In this document: one piece after another, positions 20,888 through 31,541 of the stretch
Numbering within the stretch: position 1 is the first letter of the stretch
How the letters are laid out: each line of letters opens with the position of its first letter
From: an uncultured delta proteobacterium
Lineage (GTDB): Bacteria; Myxococcota; Myxococcia; Myxococcales; Anaeromyxobacteraceae
Assembly (NCBI GenBank): GCA_963814585.1
Contig: CAWFDF010000003.1
Coordinates: forward strand, 128,001 to 192,000
Reading direction: 5' to 3'
Length of the DNA stretch: 64,000 bases
Program-made: the position numbers and the translations under genes
Notes under the pieces: generated by a model
Told to the model about the DNA's origin: nothing
Seen by the model: only the letters and a program-made list of their open reading frames with translations
Database searches by the model: none

Positions 20888-21802
20888 ATGCCCGCAGAGC
20901 GGCCCACATCACGGCAGACCCCGATCCCTCCGGGCACCTCCGACTCGGTGAGCGATCTCCTGGCGCAGCTCGTCCACGCGCCCGAGGTGGACCTCACGGG
21001 TGGGCTCGGCCTGCGGCTGGTCCCCGGGGCCCGGCTCGGCCGCTTCCTGCTCGCCCATGAGCTGGGCCGTGGCCGGAGCGGCGTCGTCTACCAGGCCCTC
21101 GACCTGGAGCGGGAGCGGCCGGTGGCGCTGAAGGTGTTCCTGCCGGGTCCGACGGGGGTGCCGCGTGGCGCCGCATGGGCCCAGCGCGAGGCCGCCGACT
21201 TCAAGCGGCTCGACCACCCCAACATCGTGGAGCTGCACGGCGTCGGCTCGAGCCCTGCCGGCGCGTACCTGGTCTTCGAGCTCCTGCAGGGCCGGACGCT
21301 CCAGCGGCGCCTGGAGGACGGGCCGCTCGACCTCGACGGCTCCCTGCGGATCGCCGGCGACGTGGGCCGGGCGCTGGCCCACGCTCACGCGGTGGGCGTG
21401 GTCCACCGCGCCCTCACCGCCGCCAAGGTCTTCGTCTGCGACGACGGCGCGGTGAAGGTGCTCGACTTCTCGCCGGGGCGCCGGCTCCCTTCCGGCGCCG
21501 AGGCCGGGTCCGGCCCGGAGCTCTCCCCGGAGCAGCAGGCCGGCTGGCCGGGCGACGAGCGGAGCGACCTGTACGCCCTGTCGGCGCTCCTCCAGAGGAT
21601 GCTCACGGTCTTCGCTGGCGCTGGCCGGGAGGCCAATCCCGGCGGAGTCACCTTGCCGCGGCGTCTTCGCCGGCTCCTCACCTCGGGGCTGGCGTCCGAC
21701 CCTTTTGGGCGACCTCAGTCGGCGGGTGAGTGGCTGGATGAGCTCACCGCGGTCCGGAGCGGGCTGGGCGGCCGCTGGCCGTGGCGAGGCCTGTTCGCCT
21801 GA
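20888..21802 (+). CDS. Hanks-type Ser/Thr kinase-like protein, predicted pseudokinase
   Basis: LGRGRSGVVY, VALK and LDHPNIV are present, but the catalytic loop reads HRALTAAKV and DFG reads DFS. Confidence 0.82.
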   Translation: MPAERPTSRQTPIPPGTSDSVSDLLAQLVHAPEVDLTGGLGLRLVPGARLGRFLLAHELGRGRSGVVYQALDLERERPVALKVFLPGPTGVPRGAAWAQREAADFKRLDHPNIVELHGVGSSPAGAYLVFELLQGRTLQRRLEDGPLDLDGSLRIAGDVGRALAHAHAVGVVHRALTAAKVFVCDDGAVKVLDFSPGRRLPSGAEAGSGPELSPEQQAGWPGDERSDLYALSALLQRMLTVFAGAGREANPGGVTLPRRLRRLLTSGLASDPFGRPQSAGEWLDELTAVRSGLGGRWPWRGLFA

Positions 21803-22027
21803 GGCCCAAGGACCAATCAGCACGATGACTCGAGATTTCCCGTCACATCGGGATCCGGGCCGGGTCTGCAGGTGTAGAGCCGGGGGGCTCTGGGCTCACC
21901 GCTTTCCAGGCGGGGGGCCGCCGTGAGCGCGAGGGTCCGGGTCCGCCTCCGGACGCCCGGGCCCTCGCCGCTCGCATTCCGGGCGGTTCCGCTCGATCGA
22001 CGTCCCGTCCGCGACTACCATGTGGGG

Positions 22028-22597
22028 ATGTCCGTCGAGGAGAAGGTCCAGGAGTCGCTCGCTGCCGGCGACCTGCGCAGCGCGGCCACCGAGGCCATCC
22101 AGGGATACGGTCCCAAGGTGCTCGGCTACCTGCGCTCCATCCTGCGCGACGACAACGACGCCGCCGACGCCTTCTCCAACTTCGCCGAGGACCTCTGGCG
22201 AGGCATCGGCAGCTACCGCGGCGAGGCGTCGTTCAAGACCTGGGCGTACAAGCTGGCCTGGTGCGCCGCGATGCACGTCCGCTCCGACACCTACCGGCGG
22301 CTGGGGCGCCGCCTGGAGTCCGGCGAGGCCTCGGGGCTGGCGGCGGAGATCCGGACCAGGTCGGTGGTGCGCGACGAGGTGCAGCGCCGCGGCCTCGACA
22401 AGCTGCGGTCCACGCTGACGCCCGAGGAGCAGACCCTCCTCTTCCTCCGGCTGGACCAGCAGCTCGCCTGGGAGGACGTGGCCGAGGTGCTCTCCGGCAG
22501 CGGGGAGCCGGTGGAGGCGGCCACGGTGCGCAAGCGGTACGAGCGGCTCAAGGCCGATCTGGCGCGCCTGGTCCGGGAGCAGGGGCTGGCCGAGTAG
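22028..22597 (+). CDS. ECF RNA polymerase sigma factor
   Basis: Region 2 (DAADAF...YRGEASFKTWAYKLA) and region 4 (LTPEEQTLLFLR...WEDVAEVL...VRKRYERLK). Confidence 0.88.
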   Translation: MSVEEKVQESLAAGDLRSAATEAIQGYGPKVLGYLRSILRDDNDAADAFSNFAEDLWRGIGSYRGEASFKTWAYKLAWCAAMHVRSDTYRRLGRRLESGEASGLAAEIRTRSVVRDEVQRRGLDKLRSTLTPEEQTLLFLRLDQQLAWEDVAEVLSGSGEPVEAATVRKRYERLKADLARLVREQGLAE

Positions 22598-22622
22598 CCC
22601 CGGGCGGCCCGGCCCTGGGGCG

Positions 22623-23198
22623 CTACTCGACCATCCCCCGGGAGCGCGCCAGCCTGGCCAGCCGCTCCTTGAGCCGCTCGAAGCGCTTGCGGAGCATGGC
22701 CGGCTCCGGCCTCGACGCGGGCGTCTCCAGGACCTCGGCGATCTCCTCCCACGCCAGCGCCTGGTCGATGCGGAGCACCAGCAGGGTCTGCTCCTCGTCG
22801 CTGAGCTCGGCGCGCAGCGCCGCGAGCTGGGCCCGCTGCCGCTCCACCCTCACCACCGTCCGGGTGCGGATCTCGTCGGCCAGCGCCGAGGCCTCGCTCG
22901 GGTGGAACGGACGCCCGCGACGGCGCCAGGCGTCGTCGCGGAGGTTGAGCGCGGCGTTCCAGGCCAGCTTGTAGGCCCAGGTGCGGAGCGAGGCCTCGCC
23001 GCGCCAGCCTTCCAGGCCGCGCCAGAGGTTCTCGGCGAAGGTGGAGAAGGCGTCGGCGGCGTCCGACTCGTCGCGCAGGGTCACCTGCAGGTACCCGAGG
23101 ATCTTGGGACCGTACTCGCGCAGCGCCAGCGTGGCGGCGCCCCGCCGATCACCGGCGGACAGCAGCTCCTTGACCCGGTCCTCGGGCGTGGCGGACAT
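22623..23198 (-). CDS. ECF RNA polymerase sigma factor (paralog of 22028..22597)
   Basis: Same motifs; aligns without gaps to the convergent neighbour. Confidence 0.88.
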   Translation of the reverse strand: MSATPEDRVKELLSAGDRRGAATLALREYGPKILGYLQVTLRDESDAADAFSTFAENLWRGLEGWRGEASLRTWAYKLAWNAALNLRDDAWRRRGRPFHPSEASALADEIRTRTVVRVERQRAQLAALRAELSDEEQTLLVLRIDQALAWEEIAEVLETPASRPEPAMLRKRFERLKERLARLARSRGMVE

Positions 23199-23267
23199 GC
23201 CGGCATGGTAGCCGCCCGGCCGCGCCGGGTCGATCGGCGGCGAGGCGCGCGCCGCGCCGGTCGGGGC

Positions 23268-23452
23268 GTCAGCCCGGGGTGCTGGCGGCCGGCCTCCCCT
23301 CCTCCACCCGGCTGCGGCCCCTGGGTGTCGAGCCGCATGGTGACCACGAAGGCGATGAGGAAGGCCAGGAACAGGAGGACCACCGGAAGTCCGCGCAGCA
23401 GCGGGTGGCGATTGTGGACGCGAAACACCGGGTGGTTCAGCGTGGTCGGCAT
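23268..23452 (-). CDS. Possible small single-TM protein (3' end uncertain)
   Basis: GGGAG RBS then MPTTLNHPVFRVHNRHPLLRGLPVVLLFLAFLIAFVVTM; a clean stop at 23268 needs a frameshift, otherwise the ORF runs into the sigma gene. Confidence 0.4.
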
Positions 23453-23631
23453 GTTCGACTCCCGTCGCGAGAGGCTCGATCGATTCCCCTTCCCGCTAAC
23501 CATGCAGAGGCGAGCGTGCGCCCTAAGCGACCTCTGGCGCCCATCGGCGCCGGGCGCAGCGCGTCAAGGACGGCGACCCCGGGTGAGCCACGCCCCGCTC
23601 GAAGGGAGGGGGCCGGGGCTCCGGCGGGTCG

Positions 23632-24114
23632 TCAACCGTCGATGGCGGCGTCGACCGGCGTCGCCGCCAGCAGCGCCGCCAGCGCCCTCGGCGCCACGCC
23701 GACGAGGAAGCCGCGCGAGCCGCCGTTGACGTAGATGGTGGGCAGGTCGAGCACGGTGCGCTCGACGTAGACGGGCATCGCCTTGCGCGTGCCGAGCGGG
23801 CTGGTCCCGCCCACCAGGTAGCCGGAGTGGCGCTGCGCCACCTCGGGCCGGCACGGCGAGATGCTCCGCCGGCCGAGCTGCCGGGCCAGCGCCTTCACCG
23901 AGACCTCGCGGTCGCCGTGCTGGAGCACGACCAGCGGCGCGCCGGCCTCGTCCTCCATCACCAGCGTCTTCACCACGGCGTGCTCGTCGACGCCCAGCTG
24001 GCTGGCGCTCACCGCCGTGCCGCCGCGCTCCTGGTAGCGGTAGAGGTGCTCGGTGTAGGCGATCTTCCTCTCACGCAGCAGCCGCGTGGCGGGTGTGGAC
24101 GGGGCCTTGCTCAC
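23632..24114 (-). CDS. ybaK: Cys-tRNA(Pro) deacylase YbaK
   Basis: STPATRLL, VVKTLV, SGYLVGGTSPLG, YVNGGSRG. Confidence 0.92.
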   Translation of the reverse strand: MSKAPSTPATRLLRERKIAYTEHLYRYQERGGTAVSASQLGVDEHAVVKTLVMEDEAGAPLVVLQHGDREVSVKALARQLGRRSISPCRPEVAQRHSGYLVGGTSPLGTRKAMPVYVERTVLDLPTIYVNGGSRGFLVGVAPRALAALLAATPVDAAIDG

Positions 24115-24147
24115 GGCGTCACGCCTCCAGCGGCCGGGGGATGTGGT

Positions 24148-24867
24148 TCAGGACAGCTCGGCGGCGATGGCGCGGGCGGCGGCCACCGGGTCGGGCGCGT
24201 CGCGGAGCGGCCGGCCGACCACGATGACGTCGGCGCCGGCGCGCACGGCGTCTCCCGGCGTGGCCACCCGGGCCTGGTCGCCCCTGGGGCTGCCGGCCGG
24301 GCGGACCCCCGGGACCACCAGCAGCGGCCCCGGACCGACGGCGGCGCGGACCGCCGCCACCTCGTGCGGCGAGCAGACCAGCCCTCCGGCGCCGGCCTCG
24401 ATCGCCAGCCTCGCCAGCCGGACCACCGCCGCCTGCGGTGGGCCGGCCAGGCCGACGGCGTCCAGCGCCGCGTCGTCGAGGCTGGTGAGGACGGTGACGG
24501 CGAGGATGCGGACGCGCCCGCCGGCGCCGCGCACCGCGGCCTGGATCATCCCGGACCCGCCGCTGGCGTGGACGGTGAGGAGCGACGCGCCGGTGACGGC
24601 GGCGCTTCGCGCCGCCCCCTCCACGGTGGCTGGGATGTCGTGGAGCTTGAGGTCGAGGAAGACCGGCCGTCCCATGGCCACGGCGGCGCGGACCGCCTGC
24701 GGCCCCTCGGCGGTGAAGAGCTCCAGCCCGATCTTGAGCATCCCCACCTCCGGGGCGATGGCGCGGGCGAAGGGCTCGGCCTCGGACCAGGCGGCGAAGT
24801 CGAGGGCGGCGCAGATCCGGTCGCCCCGGCCCATCCCGTGATCCCCGCCGTCACGAGGCGAGCTCAT
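24148..24867 (-). CDS. pyrF: Orotidine-5'-phosphate decarboxylase
   Basis: [54 protein letters not shown]. Confidence 0.96.
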   Translation of the reverse strand: MSSPRDGGDHGMGRGDRICAALDFAAWSEAEPFARAIAPEVGMLKIGLELFTAEGPQAVRAAVAMGRPVFLDLKLHDIPATVEGAARSAAVTGASLLTVHASGGSGMIQAAVRGAGGRVRILAVTVLTSLDDAALDAVGLAGPPQAAVVRLARLAIEAGAGGLVCSPHEVAAVRAAVGPGPLLVVPGVRPAGSPRGDQARVATPGDAVRAGADVIVVGRPLRDAPDPVAAARAIAAELS

Positions 24868-26076
24868 GCCTTCCCCACCTGCATCCTCCCCACCTCGCGG
24901 AGGAGCTGCTCGGCCGCCGGCCTGGGCAGCACGTTCTTCACCTCGAAGAGCGCGAAGGTGAGGAGGTCCTCCAGCCCCTCCAGCGAGCGGGCCCTGGCCG
25001 CGGCGCCCCGGTAGGCGCCGGTGGCGGTGACGTTGGCCAGCACCCGGGTCACGTCGAGGTCGCCGTCGGCGCCGAAGCGGACCCCCTCGAAGACGAAGCG
25101 CCTGGTCTCCGGCACCCGCTCGAAGTAGCTGTCGAGCCGCCGCTCCGCGCCGGGGCGCGCCGCGGCCAGCGCGGCGTGGACCCGGAGGAAGATGCGCCGG
25201 TAGAGCTCGAAGGGGCCGGACGAGCGGACCGGGAGCGGCGCGGAGGGCGCGGCCTGGGCCGCCTCCACGGCCACCTCGATCTCCGGCTCGGCGGCCGCCT
25301 GGCCGGCCCGGGCCAGCACCCCGGCCTCGAGCAGGCCCGCTGCCTCCCGGAGGGCGAGGAGGAGCCCGAGCCGGCTCTCGTCGGCCGCCTCGCCGAAGCT
25401 GGTGCTCCCCTCCAGCGCCTCGAGGAGCCGGAGCGTGAACTCGCTGGCCCCGGGGGGCAGCGCCCCGGCCCGGGCCAGCCGGGCGCCCCGTCCGCCCACC
25501 ACCGCGAGCAGGTGCTCGGTCTCGTCGACGCGCTTCAGCCCCTCCAGCAGCAGCTCGCGCGTCCGCTCCGGAAGCCGGACCTCGTTGAGCTCGCCGTGCG
25601 GCCCCTCCACGAAGAGGAACTCCCCCTCGGTGTCGAGGAAGGCACCGAAGAGGATCTCCCGGACCTGCGCGGCGACGCCGGCGTAGAGGATCCGCCGCCG
25701 TGATGACGCCCTGGTCCACCAGAACCTGGCCGAGCGGCCGGCCCGGCCCCACCTCGGCGCTGCAGCGCTGCAGGGCCTCCCAGCCGAGCTGCCCGCCGCG
25801 CCACAGGACCGGACCGAGCCAATCGCACGGCTCGGAGGAGGCGGCGAAGACCAGCTGCCCCTCGCGGAAGTAGAGGCTGCGCAGGTGAGGGCGCTCGCCC
25901 GTGGAGGCGCCGCCGGGGCCGGCGAAGGTGAGCCGGAGCACGCCGCTCTTCAGCGACGAGAAGACCAGCTGCACGACCTCGATGATGGAGAGCGCCGTGA
26001 GCGTCCCGGCCAGCCACGGGCGGCCGTCGCGCGGCGCCTCCAGCTCGCCGTCCCCGCTGCCGATCCTCGTCGCCAT
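24864..26076 (-). CDS. DUF4388 domain protein (apparent frameshift near 25690)
   Basis: [17 protein letters not shown]...SGVL...[13 protein letters not shown]...LGQVLVDQG continues in the frame of ORF 24864..25610. Confidence 0.75.
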
Positions 26077-26097
26077 CGGCACGCTCCTCTCCGCCCG

Positions 26098-27822
26098 TCA
26101 GCGACCGGCCGCCTCGACCAGCGCCGCGGCCCTGGCGGCCACCTCGCCGATCGGCACCAGGGTCACGTCCTTGCCGCCGCGCAGCTTCCACTCCACCTTG
26201 CCCTCGGCCAGCCCCTTCTTGCCGACGGCGATCCGGACGGGGTGGCCGATCAGGTCGGCGTCCTTGAACTTCACGCCCGGCCGCTCGTCGCGGTCGTCGA
26301 GGAGCACCTCGACGCCGGCCGCGGTCAGCCCGGCCACCACCTGCTCGGCCGCCTCGACCAGCTCCGGCTCCTTTCCGAGCGGCAGCACCGCCACGTGGAA
26401 CGGGGCGATGGCGAGAGGGAAGACGATGCCGTCGGCGTCGTGGTGCAGCTCGATGGCGGCGGCCAGGATGCGCTCCACGCCGATGCCGTAGCTGCCCATC
26501 ACGATGGGCACCTGCGCGCCGGCGGCGTCGAGGACGCTGGCCCTGAGCGACTCCGAGTACTTGGTGCCGAGCTTGAAGATGTGCCCGACCTCGAGCGCCT
26601 TGAAGACGTCGAGCGTGCCGTCGCAGCGCACGCAGCCCTCGCCGGCCTTGACGCTGCGCAGGTCGGCCAGCGTGCCGTGGCCCAGCAGGTCGCGCCGCAC
26701 GTCGACGCCCCGCCAGTGGAAGCCGTCCTGGTTGGCGCCGGTGACCATGTTGGTGCGATCGGCCACCGAGAGGTCGACGAAGACCGGCGCGCCGGTGAAG
26801 TGGACGGCGCCGAGCGAGCCGGCGCTGGCGCCCATGAGCGGCGGGATCTCGTCGGCCCGGGCCGGGCGGACCTCGACGGCGCCGGTGGCGGTCTGCAGCT
26901 TGGCCTCGTTGAGGTCCTGGTCGCCGCGCACCACCGCCACCACCGGCTTGCCGTCGGCGACGTAGATGAGTGACTTGAGCTGGCGGCGGGCGCCCACGCC
27001 GTAGGGCTGGCGCTGCAGCGCCTCGATGGTCACCACGCCCGGCGTGGGGAACTTCTCCAGGGCGGGGGGGCCCGGCTGGTCGGGGACCTGGTCGAGGCGC
27101 GAGGTGGCGGTCTCGGTGTTGGCCGCGTAGCGGCACTTCGGGCAGGCGGCGACGAGGTCCTCGCCGGCGTCGGTGCGGACCATGAACTCGGAGGACTCGG
27201 AGCCGCCCATGGAGCCGGAGTGGGCCTGCACCGCCACGAAGTCGAGGCCGCAGCGGCTGAAGATCCGCTCGTAGGCCCGACGCTGGTCCTCGTAGCTGCG
27301 GTCGAGGCCGGCCCGGTCGACGTCGAAGGAGTAGGCGTCCTTCATGGTGAACTGCCGGACGCGCAGGAGGCCGGACTTGGGGCGCGGCTCGTCGCGGAAC
27401 TTCGCCTGGATCTGGTACCAGACCTGCGGCAGCTGCCGGTAGGAGCGCAGCTCGTCGCGGGCGATGGCGGTGAAGATCTCCTCGTGGGTCATTCCCAGGC
27501 AGTAGTCGCCGCCCTTGCGGTCCTTCAGCCGGAACATGTTGTCGCCCATCACCTCCCAGCGCCCCGACTCCTTCCAGAGGTCGGCGGGGTGGAGGGCGGG
27601 AAGGAGGAACTCCTGGCCGCCGATGGCCTCCATCTCCTCGCGGATGATCCGCTCGATCTTGGCCAGCGACCGCCTGGCCAGCGGGAGGTAGTCGTAGAGG
27701 CCGGCGCCGAGCTGCCGCACGAAGCCGGCGCGGACCAGCAGCTTGTGGGAGGCGACCTGGGCGTCGGTCGGTGCCTCCTTGAGGGTGGGGATGAAGGCCT
27801 TGGAGGCGCGGACGACGGGCAT
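26098..27822 (-). CDS. proS: Proline--tRNA ligase (bacterial type with editing domain)
   Basis: [72 protein letters not shown]. Confidence 0.98.
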   Translation of the reverse strand: MPVVRASKAFIPTLKEAPTDAQVASHKLLVRAGFVRQLGAGLYDYLPLARRSLAKIERIIREEMEAIGGQEFLLPALHPADLWKESGRWEVMGDNMFRLKDRKGGDYCLGMTHEEIFTAIARDELRSYRQLPQVWYQIQAKFRDEPRPKSGLLRVRQFTMKDAYSFDVDRAGLDRSYEDQRRAYERIFSRCGLDFVAVQAHSGSMGGSESSEFMVRTDAGEDLVAACPKCRYAANTETATSRLDQVPDQPGPPALEKFPTPGVVTIEALQRQPYGVGARRQLKSLIYVADGKPVVAVVRGDQDLNEAKLQTATGAVEVRPARADEIPPLMGASAGSLGAVHFTGAPVFVDLSVADRTNMVTGANQDGFHWRGVDVRRDLLGHGTLADLRSVKAGEGCVRCDGTLDVFKALEVGHIFKLGTKYSESLRASVLDAAGAQVPIVMGSYGIGVERILAAAIELHHDADGIVFPLAIAPFHVAVLPLGKEPELVEAAEQVVAGLTAAGVEVLLDDRDERPGVKFKDADLIGHPVRIAVGKKGLAEGKVEWKLRGGKDVTLVPIGEVAARAAALVEAAGR

Positions 27823-27920
27823 GGTCCGCGCGTTATACACCGGCGCCGGGGCCTCCCGAAGCGCCGCGACGACGGGCCGGCGCGCTTTCCTTGCGGCCCC
27901 GTCGGGGTTAGGAATCGACC

Positions 27921-28271
27921 GTGCCCGCCCGCCTCTGGATCGCCCTCGCCGTCGGCGCCGTCATCGTGTCCGTCGGGCTGGCGTGGGACGCGGGGCTCTT
28001 CGCGCCCCCGCCGCCGCTCCTGCTCGAGTCGCCGGAGGCGGTGGCGGCCGGCCGGGCCGTCTTCGCCTCCCGCTGCACCTCCTGCCACCGGGACGTGCCG
28101 CTGCAGCGCCGCGTCTCCGGCTGGACCGCGGAGCGCGCCTACGAGGTCATCGGCCGGCTCCCCACCGTCCCGCGAGCCGGCATGCCGCCCTTCGCGGGGA
28201 CCGAGGCCGAGCGGCGGGTGCTGGCCGCCTTCCTCGCCGCGCTCGGCGCCGGTCGCGCCAGCCAGCCCTGA
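27921..28271 (+). CDS. Small monoheme c-type cytochrome
   Basis: N-terminal TM anchor, CTSCH, distal GMPPF. Confidence 0.8.
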   Translation: MPARLWIALAVGAVIVSVGLAWDAGLFAPPPPLLLESPEAVAAGRAVFASRCTSCHRDVPLQRRVSGWTAERAYEVIGRLPTVPRAGMPPFAGTEAERRVLAAFLAALGAGRASQP

Positions 28272-28379
28272 CGGCGCGTGCGCCCGGCTCGGTCCCGGCG
28301 GCGGCGCGCGCCGGCTGGCCGTGACGTGACCGCGGCAGGCCAGCGGCGCCGGGAGGGCGGCCGCCATCCGGCCCCGGGA

Positions 28380-29495
28380 TCACCGCGATCCGGGCGTCCG
28401 CTCCGCCGCGATCCGGAGCGCCTCGCCCACCAGGGCCTCCTCCAGCTCCTCGGCCTTCATCCGCTTCACCACCTGGCCGGCCTTGAAGAGCAGCCCCACG
28501 CCCCCGTGGCCGTAGGCGACGCCCACGTCCGCCGCCGCCGCCTCGCCCGGCCCGTTCACCTCGCACCCCATCACCGCCACCGAGACCTCGCCCTTCACGG
28601 TCGAGAGCCGCTGCTCCACCCGCTCGGCGATGGGGATCATGGCCACCGAGCAGCGCCCGCAGGTCGGGCAGGAGGTCAGCGACGCCCCCCCGAACTTCAG
28701 GCCCAGCGACTTGAGGAGCAGGCGGGCCACCCGCACCTCCTCCACCGGGTCGGCCGTCAGGGAGATGCGGATGGTGTCGCCGATCCCGTCCGCCAGCAGG
28801 ATCCCCAGCCCGGCCGACGACTTGACGGTGCCGGCCAGCAGCGTCCCGGCCTCGGTCACGCCCAGGTGCAGCGGGTAGTCGAAGCGCTTCGAGAAGAGCC
28901 GGTTGGCGGCCACCGTCATCGCCACGTCGTGCGCCTTCAGGGAGACCTTGATCTCCCGGTACCCCTCGTCCTCGAGGAAGCGGATGTGGCGCTCCGCGCT
29001 CTCCACCATCCCCTCGGCGGTGGGCCAGCCGTGCTTGTCGACGATGTCCTGCTCCAGCGACCCGGCGTTGACGCCGATCCGGATCGGCACCATCCGCTCG
29101 CGCGCCGCCCTGACCACCTCGCGCACCCGCTCCCGGGCGCCGATGTTGCCCGGGTTGAGCCGGATGGCGTGGATGCCGGCGTCGAGCGCGCGCAGGGCCA
29201 GGCGGTAGTCGAAGTGGATGTCGGCCACCAGCGGGATGGGGGTGGCCTTGCAGATGGCCGGCAGCGCGTCGGCCGCCTCGCTCCCCGGCACCGCCACCCG
29301 GACGATGTCCGCCCCGGCCTCGGCCAGGGCGCGGATCTGCGCCAGCGTCGCCGCCGCGTCGGCGGTGTCGGTGGTGGTCATGGACTGCACGGAGACGGGC
29401 GCGCCGCCGCCGATGGCGACGCCGCCCACCCTCACCTGCCGCGTCGGGCGCCTGGCCCCCAGCGCCGACGCCTCCCCCTGACCGTATCCGCCCAT
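28380..29495 (-). CDS. ispG: (E)-4-hydroxy-3-methylbut-2-enyl-diphosphate synthase
   Basis: VQSMTTT, ADIHF, RLNPGNIG, RIGVNAGSL, HLGVTEAG, GIGDTIRISL, CPTCGR, MGCEVNGPGE. Confidence 0.97.
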   Translation of the reverse strand: MGGYGQGEASALGARRPTRQVRVGGVAIGGGAPVSVQSMTTTDTADAAATLAQIRALAEAGADIVRVAVPGSEAADALPAICKATPIPLVADIHFDYRLALRALDAGIHAIRLNPGNIGARERVREVVRAARERMVPIRIGVNAGSLEQDIVDKHGWPTAEGMVESAERHIRFLEDEGYREIKVSLKAHDVAMTVAANRLFSKRFDYPLHLGVTEAGTLLAGTVKSSAGLGILLADGIGDTIRISLTADPVEEVRVARLLLKSLGLKFGGASLTSCPTCGRCSVAMIPIAERVEQRLSTVKGEVSVAVMGCEVNGPGEAAAADVGVAYGHGGVGLLFKAGQVVKRMKAEELEEALVGEALRIAAERTPGSR

Positions 29496-29560
29496 GTGAA
29501 CCTCCCGGCGGCCCGGATCCTAATGGCCGGACCGCCGGGCGACCACCTCGCGTGCGGGAC

Positions 29561-30607
29561 CTACTTCCTGGCCGCCAGCTCGGCGTCGATGAGGGCGGTG
29601 AAGGCCTCGAGCTTCTGGGCGCCGGAGATGAGGCGGCCGTTGACGAAGAAGGCCGGGGTGCCGCGCACGCCGGCGTCGTTGCCGGCCTTGAAGTGGTCGG
29701 CCACCACCTTGGCCTTCTCCCCCGAGTCGAGGCACTTCACGAAGCGCCCCTCGTCGAGCTTCAGGTCACGGGCGTAGGCCTTGAGGTCGGTGACCTCCAG
29801 CTTGGGCGCCGCGGCGAAGAGCCGGTCGTGCATCTCCCAGTACTTGCCCTGGTCACCGGCGCAGTGGGCCGCCTCGGCCGCCTTGGGGGCGAGGTTGTGG
29901 TTGGGGAGCGGGTAGTCCCGGTAGACCAGCCGCAGCTTGCCCTTGTACTTCTCCAGCTCGAGCAGGTCCTTGACCGTGGCCTCGGCCTTGACGCAGTAGG
30001 GGCACTGGAAGTCGGAGAACTCGATGATGGTGACTGGCGCCGCGTCCGGTCCCTTCGACGGCCCGGTGGCCGCCACCTCGACCTTGGAGGGGAGGTAGGG
30101 CGGCAGCAGCAGCTCCACCTTGGCCTCGGCTCGGATCTGCTCCAGGTACTGGGCCAGCACCGCCTCGCTCTTCTGGCGGCGCAGGAACTGGACGATCTGC
30201 GGCTTGACCTGGTCGAAGGGCTCCTTCACCTGGCCGGCCGCCTTGGCCCGCTCGTAGAGGGCCCGCGACTCCTCGTCGGTGGGCTCGCCGACCTTGGGCG
30301 CCAGCTCGAGGCGGAGGAACTCGTCGACCGGCTTGCCCGCGGCCTTGGCCTTGGCCTCCACCAGCTTCTGGTTGACGAGCTGGTCGAGCGCCGACTTGCG
30401 CAGGTCGTAGGTGCGCTGCTCCATGTCGTTGAGCTCGCCGCGGATCGACTTGTCGAGATCCCCGGCGGTGATCACCTCGGCGCCGATCCTGGCGACCGGT
30501 GCGTTGGGCCCGGCGGTCGCCGAGTCGGTGGCCTGGGCAGGACGGGTGGACTGGCAGGCGATGGCGGCCATGACCAGCACGCCGACGAGGATGGGACGGA
30601 TTCGCAT
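29561..30607 (-). CDS. DsbA-family thioredoxin-fold lipoprotein with SurA-like N-terminal region
   Basis: Lipobox IAC, EFSDFQCPYC, AAEAAHCA..QGKYWEMHD.LF, GVRGTPAFFVNG. Confidence 0.9.
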   Translation of the reverse strand: MRIRPILVGVLVMAAIACQSTRPAQATDSATAGPNAPVARIGAEVITAGDLDKSIRGELNDMEQRTYDLRKSALDQLVNQKLVEAKAKAAGKPVDEFLRLELAPKVGEPTDEESRALYERAKAAGQVKEPFDQVKPQIVQFLRRQKSEAVLAQYLEQIRAEAKVELLLPPYLPSKVEVAATGPSKGPDAAPVTIIEFSDFQCPYCVKAEATVKDLLELEKYKGKLRLVYRDYPLPNHNLAPKAAEAAHCAGDQGKYWEMHDRLFAAAPKLEVTDLKAYARDLKLDEGRFVKCLDSGEKAKVVADHFKAGNDAGVRGTPAFFVNGRLISGAQKLEAFTALIDAELAARK

Positions 30608-30764
30608 GTGGCTCCAAAGGGGGATGAGGATGGGACGGGGCAATTTGCATCGTCCCGCACCCCGAGGTCAATCGGCGGGAGGCCGCCTCCATTCCGCCGC
30701 GCGGCGAGGTGCCCCGGGACCTCTCGGAATCCCGGGCCAGCGGTACTAGACTCCGCCTCCCGCC

Positions 30765-31541
30765 ATGACGAACCCCGACGCCTGGAACCCGGATCGCTAC
30801 GCCCGCTTCGCCGCGGAGCGCCGGCAGCCGTGGGATGACCTGGTCGCGCTGCTCTCGCCGGCCGACCGGCCTCGCGTCCTCGACCTCGGCTGCGGCGACG
30901 GGGCCCTCACCGCCGAGCTCCACGCCCGGCTGCGGGCCAGCCAGACCGTGGGGGTCGACAGCTCGCCCGCCATGCTGGCGAGGGCCACCGCCCGCACCGC
31001 CGGGGGGCTCCGCTTCGAGGCCGGCGACGCCGCGACCTGGAGCGGCGGGCCGTTCGACCTGGTCCTCTCCAACGCCGCGCTCCACTGGGTGCCCGACCAC
31101 GCCGCGCTCCTGCCGCGCCTGGCGGCGCTGGTGGCCCCCGGTGGCCAGCTGGCGGTGCAAGTGCCGATGAACGAGCGCCACCCGTCGCACCTCGAGGCCT
31201 CGGCGACCGCGGCCGAGCCGCCCTTCGCCGAGGCGCTCGGCGGCTACCGGTCGGTGAGCCCGGTGCTCGCGCCCGAGTGGTACGCCGAGGCGCTCTTCGG
31301 GCTGGGCTTCGAGGCGCGCCGCGTCCGGCTCGAGATCTACGGCCACCCGCTGGCCTCGCGCGACGAGGTCGTCGAGTGGGTGCGCGGCACGCTGCTCACC
31401 GACTACGAGCGGCGACTCCCGGCGCCGCTCTGGCCCGCCTTCCTCGACCGCTACCGGCAGCGCCTGGCCGCGGCGCTCCCCGACCGGCGCCCCTTCCTCT
31501 TCACCTACCGGCGGCTCCTGCTCTGGGCGCGTCGAGGATGA
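30765..31541 (+). CDS. tam: Trans-aconitate 2-methyltransferase-like SAM methyltransferase
   Basis: WNPDRY..F..ERRQP, DLGCGDG, GVDSSPAML, SNAALHWVPDH, WVRGT.L. Confidence 0.85.
   Translation: MTNPDAWNPDRYARFAAERRQPWDDLVALLSPADRPRVLDLGCGDGALTAELHARLRASQTVGVDSSPAMLARATARTAGGLRFEAGDAATWSGGPFDLVLSNAALHWVPDHAALLPRLAALVAPGGQLAVQVPMNERHPSHLEASATAAEPPFAEALGGYRSVSPVLAPEWYAEALFGLGFEARRVRLEIYGHPLASRDEVVEWVRGTLLTDYERRLPAPLWPAFLDRYRQRLAAALPDRRPFLFTYRRLLLWARRG

Noticed and set aside
23632..27822. ybaK near proS as a novel association
   Set aside because: Trans-editing YbaK alongside ProRS is well established.
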